DNA of 64,000 bases from Tubiluchus corallicola. Its lineage: Eukaryota > Animalia > Priapulida. Below the pieces are notes generated by a model that saw only the letters and a program-made list of their open reading frames with translations, ran no database searches and was not told the origin of the DNA. Of the stretch, positions 52,250 through 64,000 are shown one piece after another; position 1 is the stretch's first letter; every line of letters begins with the position of its first letter. Both the position numbers and the translations under genes were made by a program. Where the stretch lies: contig JAQGDQ010000350.1 of assembly GCA_030141605.1 (NCBI GenBank), positions 42,098-106,097 of the forward strand, written 5' to 3'.

Positions 52250-52255
52250 AATAAA
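52250..52255 (+). promoter_or_regulatory. Candidate polyadenylation signal of the PKD1L gene
   Basis: AATAAA ~650 nt after the stop, followed by T/GT-rich sequence; the region is AT-rich, so specificity is low. Confidence 0.3.
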
Positions 52256-52339
52256 TTATTTATTTTACTCTTGTTTTTAGACTGTTGTCACCAAAACGTA
52301 TTTCTAGTACATCTAGTTATAAAATTTTTAGTGCACAGG

Positions 52340-53728
52340 AAGAAAAAGAGAGTCATTATTTCTTTATAACCTCTCTTTGAGATGACTACTCCACTAGAAA
52401 AAGAGAGAGTCATTATTTCTTTATAACCTCTCTTTGAAATGACTACTCCACTAGAAAAAGAGAGAGTCATTGATTTCTTTATAATCTCTCTTTGAGATGA
52501 CTACTCCACTAGAAAAAGAGAGAGTCATTATTTCTTTATAACTTCTCTTTGAGATGACTACTCCACAAGAAAAAGAGAGAGTCATTGATTTCTTTATAAC
52601 CTCTCTTTGAGATGACTACTCCACTAGAAAAAGAGAGAGTCATTGATTTCTTTATAACCTCTCTTTGAGATGACTACTCCACTAGAAAAAGAGAGAGTCA
52701 TTGATTTCTTTATAACCTCTCTTTGAGATGACTACTCCACTAGAAAAAGAGAGAGTCATTGATTTCTTTATAACCTCTCTTTGAGATGACTATTCCACTA
52801 GAAAAAGAGAGAATCACTGATTTCTTTATAACCTCTCTTTGAGATGACTACTCCACTAGAAAAAGAGAGAGTCATTGATTTCTTTATAACCTCTCTTTGA
52901 GATGACTACTCCACTAGAAAAAGAGAGAGTCATTGATTTCTTTATAACCTCTCTTTGAGATGACTACTCCACTAGAAAAAGAGAGAGTCATTGATTTCTT
53001 TATAACCTCTCTTTGAGATGACTACTCCACTAGAAAAAGAGAGAGTCATGATTTCTTTATAACCTCTCTTTGAGATGACTACTCCACTAGAAAAAGAGAG
53101 AGTCATTGATTTCTTTATAACCTCTCTTTGAGATGACTACTCCACTAGAAAAAGAGAGAGTCATTATTTCTTTATAACCTCTCTTTGAGATGACTACTCC
53201 ACTAGAAAAAGAGAGAGTCATTGATTTCTTTATAACCTCTCTTTGAGATGACTACTCCACTAGAAAAAGAGAGAGTCATTGATTTCTTTATAACCTCTCT
53301 TTGAGATGACTACTCCACTAGAAAAGGAGAGAGTCATTATTTCTTTATAACCTCTCTTTGAGATGACTATTCCACTAGAAAAAGAGAGAGTCATTGATTT
53401 CTTTATAACCTCTCTTTGAGATGACTATTCCACTAGAAAAAGAGAGAGTCATTGATTTTTTTATAACCTCTCTTTGAGATGACTACTCCACTAGAAAAAG
53501 AGAGAGTCATTGATTTCTTTATAACCTCTCTTTGAGATGCTATTCCACTAGAAAAAGAGAGAGTCATTGATTTCTTTATAACCTCTCTTTGAGATGACTA
53601 CTCCACTAGAAAAAGAGAGAGTCATTATTTCTTTATAACCTCTCTTTGAGATGACTATTCCACAAGAAAAAGAGAGAGTCATTGATTTTTTATAACCTCT
53701 CTTTGAGATGACTACTCCACTAGAAAAA
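52340..53728. repeat. 57/58-bp minisatellite, ~24 copies, between the convergent genes
   Basis: unit AGAAAAAGAGAGAGTCATTGATTTCTTTATAACCTCTCTTTGAGATGACTACTCCACT. Confidence 0.96.
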
Positions 53729-54764
53729 CCACAACATGTTTCTTATTTTATCAAAACAAAATCTGACATTCAAATGCAGAGAAACTTTCTTAACAATGGA
53801 AAAATATTGATTACGTGACTTCGGGGCAGTTGAATGTTACGAATTATAGAAAAACGGAAACGAAATTTTTGTAAAACATAAATTATTTACAACAGAACAT
53901 TTTTTCTGTGTTTATATAAGTTTATTTGCATATTCGCAAATAGACACATCATATAATATAATTATTGTACATTATATTAAAATCTTTTAAACTATTAAAA
54001 GTGGGAAAACACATCAAAGTCCAATATGTCCATTATTATATATCCGAATGATATTTCATGTGTATATTAATTATCATCATAATTTGAAGTCAATAAACGC
54101 TAGTATAAGTTGTGTACAAAATATAATAGCAATTTTTAAGAAAATCTTTACATTTTAAAACTGTTTAATACATAAACACATACACACATGCATCAGGACA
54201 TATACATGATGGATAAAATTGGGAACCACAAAGTTAAATGTAACCCCATTCGTTTTCTTAAAAACAGAATTCGCCAGATCAATACTTGATTTGGAAAACT
54301 ATGCACACTACAACACCTTGATACTTAGTAGAATTCTTTACTTGTCTGTTTCAAAAAAAAACCACAACAGTAAAAAATGTCTTAAAAATAAGTTTATCAC
54401 TACAGTAAATCACGTAAATCTGTGCTGTCATGCACTGCAGTTAGAAGGCACTTGTAAGGCACTACTGGAAGATGTTACAGTGCTCTTCTGTATTAACAAA
54501 ATGATAATCACAATGTTTGTTGTGCCACAACGCTGCTTTTAAATAACCTATATCACAATGCAGTTATAAGGCTTTGCTGTACAAAATTACACACGTCAGA
54601 ATAGCACTAAAAGTTTTGTGGAATATCATACCTGTATACATAATCAATTATTTACTTCACTGCTACATGTCACATTCACAAGGTTGCATTACACTTTTAA
54701 GGTTGAGCTGCAAGATATCGCACTTTTAAGTCTGGAATGTTGTAAACTAATGTATCACACTCAC

Positions 54765-55007
54765 ATGGCTAGGGCCAGTCTTGATATTTTCAACCACTTT
54801 TGTTTAGATGTTTCCTCGTGTATGTTTCCTGACTCTTCGGCGAGATTACAGCTTCTCCAATGGCTTCTATTTTATCTCCTCTGCCTCTCATTTTTTTTGT
54901 GTAACTTGTCCTCTTCTGCACTTTTTCATCGCTTGTTTCCTCTCACGTTCCATCGTATTCTTCGTCTTCATCCTCCTTTGCTAACGTTTTCCAACTTCCC
55001 TCACTTG
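54765..55007 (-). pseudogene. Possible decayed charged (cytoplasmic-tail-like) exon of the LRR gene
   Basis: ttttcag| ... |gtgagt; purine-rich, KEDEDEEYDG followed by an in-frame TGA. Confidence 0.3.
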
Positions 55008-55089
55008 CTGAAAACGTATGCTTGTTACATGCTTAACTTATGTACTTAACAAAAAACTTATAGGGACTTTATTGAGGTTTTATGAATAC

Positions 55090-55450
55090 GTACAATGGTT
55101 GATAAAGGGTTTTTATATGGCTTGAAAACTTACAATGGTTGATACAATGTTTTTATAAGGATTGAAAGCTTACAATGGTTGATAAAATGTTTTTATAAGG
55201 ATTGATGAAAACTTACTGTGGTTGACAAAGGGTTTGTATAAGGCTTTGTGAAAGCTTACTGTGGTTGACAAAGGGTTTGTATAAGGCTTTGTGAAAGCTT
55301 ACTGTGGTTGACAAAGGGTTTTTATAAGGCTTGATGAAAGCTTACTGTGGTTGACAAAGGGTTTGTATAAGACTTTGTGAAAGCTTACTGTGGTTGATAA
55401 AGGGTTTTTGTAAGGCTTGATGACAGCTTACAATAGTTGATGGTTGATAA
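55090..55450. repeat. ~43-bp degenerate minisatellite
   Basis: GAAAGCTTACTGTGGTTGACAAAGGGTTTGTATAAGGCTTTGT and decayed copies. Confidence 0.85.
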
Positions 55451-56208
55451 AATATTTGATAAGATTTGATGAAGGGTTGTTGTAGGATTTGATAATGGTT
55501 TGAAGAAGGCTTCTTACAAAGAAGTTTGTTAAAGACTTATTGTAGGATTCGATAAAATTCGTCTCATAAGACTTGATAGAGGCTTTTTGCAAGGCTTGAT
55601 ACTGGCTTCTTATAGGGTTTGATAAACGGAATTTGCAAACCTTGACAAAAGCTCACAAGGCATGATCAAGGGTTCTGATAAGTTTTGACAAAAGCTTAAA
55701 AAGCATCATAAAAGGTTATTGTAGAGCTTGATAAAGGCTTGATAAAATTCTTTTTATAAGACGTGACCTAGAAGCTTTTTTCAAGGCTTTACAAACCTTT
55801 TTGTGGGGCATAATAGAGGGAAGTTAGAGGGTCGGATAGGGTTTGATGAATTTTTCAGTTTATAGGGCTCAATACATATTTTAAGGCTTGATAAAGTTAC
55901 TGTGTTGGCTTCGGTAAATTGCGTGAAAACGTGAAAGCAAGGGAAAATGAAGCAACCGTAAACGCAGGTAATCAAGCAAATAATCAGCAAGCACACACAA
56001 TAAACTCAACATTATTATGAGGAAGACAGTCAGGCCACTTAAGTTTGGAAAATTAAAATCACTGCAAGTAACGCCATTTTAGAAAAGATAATAATAGCAC
56101 GTTTATTTTCTTCTGATACTCGGATGTATGAACAAGATTATTACTGGAAGATCTTTAACTAAACTGCCATTTGCCAGACTTCCTAAATGACTTAAACGAG
56201 ATATCTAC

Positions 56209-56568
56209 CTGCAGCATAGAAAATCAATCAATAATAGGAAATATCTACAGAAAAAGAGACGCGCAAGCAGATGTGTAAACCAACTTGATAGACTCCGCTG
56301 ACTTCTGCGGCTGCATCAAGTAGCGCTTATGCAGCATGGGTGGGGGGATAGATTATGTAGAATGGTGGGTAGGGGGTGTAGATAACTCCATACACGTTAT
56401 TCTTTTTCTGCAGGTACTTCCCATAGAATTTTTTCGCAGATGGAAACGGCATCCGCGTCCTGTTGCTATGTAAACCGCATCCTGTTGCTATGTAAGCGCC
56501 ACCTAAGAGTGAAACTGTTAAGTGCAACTGTAGTTGTCTCTCAGCCATTACAGCTGAATGCAAAACCT
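56209..56568 (-). pseudogene. Possible decayed juxtamembrane/TM exon of the LRR gene
   Basis: tttcag| ... |gtagat bounds; GC-richer; hydrophobic pieces ending FLCC spread over several frames with stops. Confidence 0.3.
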
Positions 56569-58998
56569 CTGAAAGACGAACATGAGTAATGATTAATTCA
56601 AAATAATTTGTCAGCAGTGTACTCAGTATTATTTTCGACATTCAGAACTGTTAACAATTATAGGAAACGTTTGAGCATCTCTATGGTTACAATGTTTTGG
56701 CAGTTTACAGACGGGACAGGACACCTGGACAACTGATAGATAGATGCGAGCAATGAATAGGTGTGCTGGGAGGTCAGCTATGAAGTTCTCGGGACAACGA
56801 ATAAACAGATTTTAAACCAAAGTTGTCTGATTAGTAATGCTCTGTTCAGGTGGGAAACCAACATAGACAATGACAGAAATGATTAAGTCGGTTTCCATAA
56901 CTGAAATGCCGAAACAAACCAAAATAACTGCTTTGTTAACTCACAACATTTTACTAAAGCTTTAAATCATAAAATGATTGACAATAGTTTAATCTGATGT
57001 TATCTGCAGCATTCCATCTTTCTTGAGAAAGAATACTAAACTAATTCTAAACTGTTTGTAATAGATTAGTAGAAATTTAGAAATTCTTCAAAATATTCTT
57101 TAGTGACTTTTTTACTAAAATGTAAGATGTATATATAGGTCTGGATCTACCAGAGCTACAACTACAAATCCATCATATAAATTCAGTTAACAAGTACAAA
57201 TCATTTTTTGGATTACTGGTAATACAGAGATAAGACTTCATGCTAGCATAAGGCTTAGTTATTATCCCACACTAAAAATAATTGCATTTCCCATGCCATA
57301 TTTAACACAGTCCAAAGTACAAGCTACAATTACTGACAAATAATTTATATTACATGTGAATGTGCAGATTTTTGTTGCTTTGCTATTGTTGCTCAATAAT
57401 CTATGATGGGCTTTCTCTATCCCGCCTTACAGGCTAAACATAAGTCTCTTAATAATAACACATAACAAAATAGATGTGAAACATATCTCTGTCCTAGAAC
57501 CTCTTGAGATGCTGCAGTTACAAACAAGACGGCTCACTAAAATAAAATAATTCATCCTGGAAAAAGCTTGTTTGTTCCTGCATGGTAAGACTAGCTTTGT
57601 AATGCCTAATAGCTAGCAACAAACTTGTACCAAATCAGACATTAATGGTAGAAATCAGAAGATCATTTTGCATCGAAGAGAAAAGTATACTACACCTAAT
57701 AGCTGTTTAAAAATTTTCTTATTTTTCTAGGAAATACACACATAGAGTTGGAAATTTATCTCATTTCAGTTGCACCAACAAGCTTACTGAAAACGTTAGT
57801 CACTTAATTTCCATTACAAAAGTGTCGAGCGGCAAAGAAAATGCTAAATTCCGTTTATATTTACTATTTGATATAATTATAGAGCCTAGATTCGTCACGA
57901 CGATCATTCTTCTTGACCTGACATTTACTTTTCTCTGTGAAGAATCTACTGCTACGAAGCTTCATTGTTGACAATTCTTTCAGTTTAATATGACCGGTGA
58001 CAAATATGGTAATTTTTGTATCAATGTGCTAGAGTGAATCTTCTTGTTTTACTACAATTCAAACCTGGACGTTTCTTTTGCGTATAGCGAAACATTAGTT
58101 TGTTGATGGTACTTGGATGCAAAACATTAGGTATATGACATCTAATTGCAATAGTAGAAAAACACCCGAAATGTTATGGATGTGAAGTAGTAAAATAATT
58201 TGGTGACAGTTTATTTATTCTTGTGGTTAAAGCTAGTTGCTGATTACTGTTGTTTATTGCGTGGCATGTGAGGTAGCCACGATGGGCATGGCAAACTATC
58301 AAGACTTTATTTAATGAGCAACACATTTATTAAATATCAAACACAACACGGTGAATGTAAGAAGATAGTAATGCCAGCCCTCTGTTTTTCAAGTCTACGC
58401 GGAGGTGCGGGCCTCAAAACACTTTCATCTAACTACCTAATGCCCCGTGAGCTTCTGCGTATAAGGATTACATCATCCATTTTTACTTCTGAGTCAGCCA
58501 GTCCATCAGCTGGTCACGTGATGCCACACCTCTAACTAGGCTTCTAGCCACGACGATAGTTTAATCTTGCATCGTCAAGCATTTAATTTTGAATTATTAA
58601 TTTAATATTTATTCGCCGATTTAATCAAAATCATAATTTAACACAGCTTTCCTATACCGTATGTAGTGGGTTTTTATGCGTGACGTGTGGAAAAAACTAG
58701 CTTTTGTTACATGCGCAAGATGGTTTAATAGCTAAAGATTCTAGGCCAAATATTCGTATTGTGATTAATATATGTTGCGCACATAACAAATCACAACGGC
58801 CACTTTAGTTTTTCTCTGAAAGCCTGCAAAAAACATTATTGGTGCTTATTTCAAAGCCACAATTTGTGCTATTTTTTCAGTTCCCTTAAATTTAAAAATA
58901 AAACTCGATATTCTTGTAAGATTATGCAATTAAGCTTTAAATGAAATACCAGCACTTAATTTGGTGCAGCAAAGCCCAAAACAACAATAAAAACTCAC

Positions 58999-59724
58999 AC
59001 GTTATCTCGAGAAGAATATAAGAGTATGATCGATCCTTGTGCAGAGTTGGCGTGTTCATTTGTGATATATTTGTTCCACTAATGATAATGGTAAAAATGG
59101 CTTTGTTGTTTGATAAATCCATCTCCATAGATACAAGCTGCTTACAGTTCCTGATGACAATCTGTTCCACATAATTCATTTTGTAAAATGCTTTAGGGTG
59201 TATTGATTTCAACTCTTCATTATCGAACAGTTCAATTATTGATGTCACATTTCCATAAATGGCTTCTTCGTCCAATGTCTCAATATCTGCCATTCTTAAT
59301 GTGAACTGCCGTACTGTCTTCCCATCCAGAAACTTTCTTGGCAATTCTTTCTCTTTATAATCGATAATTTTTAGAAGATTTGTGCTCCGAGGCAACGAAT
59401 GCCAGATATCTACCAACTTGTCCATGAAGAGAACACTACCATAGTCACCACATATTATATTACATTTCTTAGTTTGTTGCCAATTTATCCACACATCGCA
59501 TTCAGGTATTGGGAGATCACAGACTGGATTGTGCGTTGTTGATTCAGAAGGCACTTTTGTTGTAGTCAAGACACAGTCCTTTAATGATTCCTTCACTTCA
59601 TCAATAGAAAATTTAACACAGTACAACTGCCAATCACACTGCTTGTAACACTCAACCTTACTTGATTTGTGCCAATGTTCACTTTCAGCCCACTTCAAAT
59701 AACAATTGCAAAGAAGTCTATTTC
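58999..59724 (-). CDS. LRR-module exon 4 (intact, 726 nt)
   Basis: ttacag|GA ... T|gtgagt; GNRLLCNC..W, CNIICG, IHPKAF, MDLSNN. Confidence 0.8.
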
Positions 59725-60015
59725 CTGTAATACAATTAAGTTCCATAACAATAAGTTCTCCACAGAAATTTTATGAGAAACAATTGGTATCTGGTAATAT
59801 ATTGCAGCAAATAAAAAAGACAGCATTTTCATTTTTGTAAAACTAATATCATCATCATTGTGTCATCATCATCATCATCATCATCATCATCAACAACAAC
59901 AACATCATCATCAACTTGAATTTTAACTCAGGATCTAGTAGCTGTTGAAATAGCAGTGAGACATGGCACGGTAGTAAATTGAGAAATTATTTAAAAAATT
60001 CAGTATTGTCGCTAC

Positions 60016-60681
60016 CTTTCAGCATGAGTTGAATGTTCTTGGAGTCATATATACATGTGTAATTTGGGTTTTTCCATGTGCATCATTCCAGTTTTTTCAA
60101 TGTCAATTACACTAAGTTGACGATTATTAGACAAATCCAAATTTATAGTTTCTAATTTGCGGCAGGTTAGGATGACTATATTTTCAACAGTGTTTATCCA
60201 GTAAAATGCTTTTGGGTCGAGAACAGTTAATTCAGGAAGGCGTTTCAAAATGAGAGCAATCCTAATCGTTCCACGAATTGCTATTTTTCCAATTGTTTCT
60301 AGCTTTGAATCAGTAATTTCTAAAGTGTCGACAGTTTTCCTTCAAGGAAACTACTGGGAAGCTCCTTTTCCTGAAATTTAGCAATATAGAAATATCGAGT
60401 CCAGTGAGGGAGTCCTTCGACGATTTCCTCCATGTCAGTTATGAAAAGTGGATCATAATAACCACAAGCAACAAAACAACCAGTTAAATTATCAAGATAT
60501 TCAACAACAATGCACTCATGAAGCACGATGCCACAGTCAACCGTTAAACATCCAATGAATTCTCCAATTTGTATTTCTCTTGTTGTATGATTTACTGGTG
60601 GATCCTTACAATCGATAGCTGATTCTTTCCAATCTTTTGCTTTAATCCACTCCATGCTACAATCACATTGTAATGGATTTC
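60016..60681 (-). pseudogene. LRR-module exon 3 with two frameshifts (~60336 and ~60050)
   Basis: GNPLQCDC..W, CFVACG, LDPKAF, LDLSNN. Restoring one A gives GKTVDTLEITDS; second shift lies in a TA run. Confidence 0.7.
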
Positions 60682-61134
60682 CTGTAAATAAATCAATAAC
60701 TAATCAAATTTGTTAACAAGTTGACATTGAAATCAGTTCTTATGCTCTATTCAGTCGAATTTGAAATTTTAGTTATACCGACTTTTAGTTTGGTTGAGCT
60801 TATATACTGATTTGATATTGTTTGCTGACTGACTGACTGACATCACGTCTTTGTGATCGCTGTGGTTAATAATCAATTCTGAAACACCACGTATTCATAA
60901 GTTTGTCATTACATTTCCATTGAAAAATACCTAACAAATTGTCATAGAATATAGCTCAAAGAGTTCATTGGCACGTTTGTACCCAAAGGTCGGTGTCAGC
61001 ATTTTCATTGAAAAATTTTCTTGGATTAATTGTGCCAAAAAATGTTTGTAAGATTCTATTATTGATTATTGTTTTTTACCTGTTAGCGAGGCTAAACAAA
61101 GCTAAATATAAAATTATCACGACTTATATTTTAC

Positions 61135-61849
61135 CTGTTAGTTTTATGATTAGCTGATCAGGAGTTCTGCCTGGATGAAATGATGGCATATCCATTCGCG
61201 TGATGCCAGTTTTGTCTATTACAAGCGTTTGCAAATAATGACAGTTCCGTAATTCCAAATTTATGTACGTAAGACGTGGAGCATCTGAAATTAATATGTA
61301 TTTAACATAAGGCTGTAATTCAAACGCCCTTGGGTCGACGTAGATTAGATTGTCACAGCCTATGATTCTGATATCTTTCTCAACTTGGCAAACAATTTCC
61401 GCAAAACCAACACTCTCTATACTGCTGTATTTCAGTTCGAAGATGTTGATTACTTTGTAGTGCAAAAATTCACTTGGTAGTCGCTTTTCTATGTAATTAC
61501 TAATGTACAACGCATCTAAATAGGTGGGAACGGTTTTTTCTATCACATCTAAATTTGAGAAATTAAGTATCCAAAACCAGCCACACTGAATCTGGCACGG
61601 ATTTGTATTCAAAAAACGACATACTGGTAACTCTTGGCTGTGGTTTTGGCGTGGTCGTAGGAGGGTTCGTCCATGTAGGGTGGATAATTGTTCTGATGGT
61701 TGACTCAGTGGGGCATCCCAAGAATTCGTCAAAATCTGCAAGAGTCATAGGTGGATTTACTCTTGGAGGGTCCAGGCATTCTATTCTGGAAAAATACCAA
61801 TTCACAGCTTTTGTCCACCGCATTGGACAGTTACAAATCATTGGATTTT
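61135..61849 (-). pseudogene. LRR-module exon 2 (LRRCT-like cap, Thr/Pro linker, module 2) with one frameshift near 61630-61660
   Basis: NPMICNC..W in one frame, CQIQCG...VDPRAF in another; 715 nt is not divisible by 3 for a phase 1-1 exon. Confidence 0.7.
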
Positions 61850-62369
61850 CTAAAAAAATCAGCACAACTTAATGAATGTATTATTATTTATTTGGTACAC
61901 CTATTACATTTGTAACTATTCGTAAATTATATAATTCTAATATAAAGTTTGTAACTTGTTTGCAAAAAAATGTTGTCCGATATAATTGGCAATGGAAATA
62001 GCAAAGGATGTTGAAGAAACTTTGCACTAAGTCTGAAAACCAGGCACACTGAATGTAGCAGTGTTTCATACAAAAAGGCTACAGTAATTCTGGGCAGCAT
62101 GGTTTTGAGTCCTTTTGTCTGGGAGGTGGGGTGGCAGAAGAATAAAAATATTAATAATTCCTTTGATGCTTTTGGTTTTTATTTGAAAACCAAGATTTCT
62201 GTTTCGCCTATTTGCATCGTTTTAACTCTGGAAACTTTATATTGTTCACCATTCAATATTCATTATTAAACATTAGCCTCCTTGTTCATTTCATCGTGTT
62301 GTTCACATTATATTTTTATTACAGTTTTTCGAAGCAACAGTGAAGACTAGCTAGAAATGATAAGCTTAC

Positions 62370-62955
62370 CATCAAGCATTATACTGAATGATGCAGGTCG
62401 TCTGTCTGGATGCAATGTGAACATTCGCATGAAATCTGTGCCGGTATCCTTTATCATGATATCCGTGAGATCTGGGTTATCGTAAAAATCAAGATGTTCT
62501 ATATCCGACTTTCGTGCGGTAATAATATGTATGATCTGTATAGTCTTTAACTTTGAAAAAGCTCTAGGATGCATTTCAGTTAACTTCCAACTGTTTTGCA
62601 AAAACAGCCAGTGTACGGTGAAATTTTCTGGAAAATCATCTTCACCGAATTTTTCAATATTAGAGTCATCAATGATTAACCAATTTATTTTTCTTCCCTC
62701 AAGTATTTCTGGATACCAACGGGATTCAGCATATTTCGTGATAATCAGACGCGTTATCAAACTAGGTGCACCTCGTATTATGTCATTTATCACAGGTAGA
62801 CTAAGTTTAGGCTCTAATTCACTGCCACACCACTGATAACTATCGATAACTGGAACAGTGTAAATTCTAACTTCATAGTAGCTACAATTCATTTCCCAAA
62901 TATAAAGCTCACACTTAAAACACAACAAGAGTACACCTAATAGACAAAGAAACAT
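62370..62955 (-). CDS. LRR-module gene, first coding exon: signal peptide and LRR-like module 1
   Basis: MFLCLLGVLLLCFKC signal-like; LxIxxS..I, LxxMHPRAF, LxxNPDL repeats; donor G|gtaagc; acceptor near 62993. Confidence 0.75.
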
Positions 62956-64000
62956 GTTTTCAAACTTCAAAAAAGGTTTCAGTTCTGTAGCACCTAGCAA
63001 CCATAAGAATCCTCAACTTAGAATTAAAATGAGAAATTTAATATTGTTGTGAAACAATGGTTTATCAGACAATAAAATACTGGATTCTAGGTTGTCATTT
63101 TATTCTGCATAATTGATTGCAAGTTTAGAACTTGCTTGCAACGAATGAGCGGGCCTAACCATAAAGTAAAACCAGATCTAATCTTAAACTGTAAGTCAAT
63201 CTACTCTTTAAAATATAGAAAGGAAACATAATTATTATTTTTTTCAAAAATGACTTACGTGACAGATTAATTACCACACAAGCACAATTTCACGTTTGCA
63301 CCACTAGTTCTTTGCTGCTACATGCATTTCGCCATTCGTTAGTAGGCCTCAGTTCAGATGTGCTAGTTTATGACAAACTGCGCACGTTCAGCAGCTCATG
63401 CGTGAGCAGAATTGTAAATTTGAAATTTGAATTTTTATCTTAAAACTTGCCTAGTTTCAGTGCAACGAACTGAACTTCTTATAATAGCACTGTACTTCAA
63501 CTTTCGTTTTCGCAAACACGTACAACAGCTCAAGGAATATTTTTGCTGTGGAAAATTATGTTTGCACATGATGTCATGAATGGTTGGGCTGGCCCGCGTT
63601 TAATTTTTTAATCTATTATATAATTATCAGCAACGCTTTTGCAGTATTAATTTTTGTAATATGTATTATTTTTATCGGACGAAAATTGGGTAGTATATAA
63701 AAAAATCATCCTGTCTTCCTACAGGAATTTCTTATAATAATGCCAATAGAAATGGTGCAGCTGCTACAAAATGCATTTGCACAATTATGTAAAAAAATTC
63801 TAGAAAAAAAATCAATTTTTAGAAAATCGATTTCCATAATTTACTCGTGATAGTATTTGTTATGCTTACATTACGAATGTCAATGTTAAACTTGCAAATT
63901 TCTAACAATATCCTAATTAAGATTAACACAGAAAACAGTCAAACGGGGTCTTTTGTCTTTAAGAATGCATTGGTTACAGTATTAGATTTGACAGAGTGAA

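Noticed and set aside
57860-58830. Further LRR-gene exons (expected final C-cap)
   Set aside because: Candidate minus-strand acceptors near 58823 and 58141 give early stops and no clear NPxxCxC motif; not called.

Overview
AT-rich, intron-rich metazoan (invertebrate-like) genomic DNA; no prokaryotic features. Most of the window (597-51595, + strand) is the 3' part of a polycystin-1-like (PKD1L/REJ family) gene. I assembled it by hand into 26 phase-compatible exons (5847 nt, ~1948 aa, 5' end outside the window): GAIN/GPS, TM1, PLAT, TM2-5 and the polycystin channel domain. Two things are unusual. (1) A ~240-aa, 36-cysteine module plus a complete second, extracellular PLAT domain are inserted inside the GAIN domain, before the GPS. 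(2) Several intronic tandem arrays are built from the gene's own splice junctions: ~41 copies of the TM3-exon acceptor, 11 copies of a donor with in-frame hydrophobic extensions, an in-frame duplicated acceptor, and an older array whose AGs are lost. About 20 kb of the window is intron-specific minisatellite. Also present are an RTE LINE fragment and hAT, piggyBac and pogo-type MITEs. A convergent minus-strand gene (~54.8-63.0 kb) encodes a signal peptide and four exon-sized LRR modules; it carries frameshifts (pseudogene or assembly errors). Exon boundaries are inferred from splice consensus, phase and family motifs, not from transcripts.
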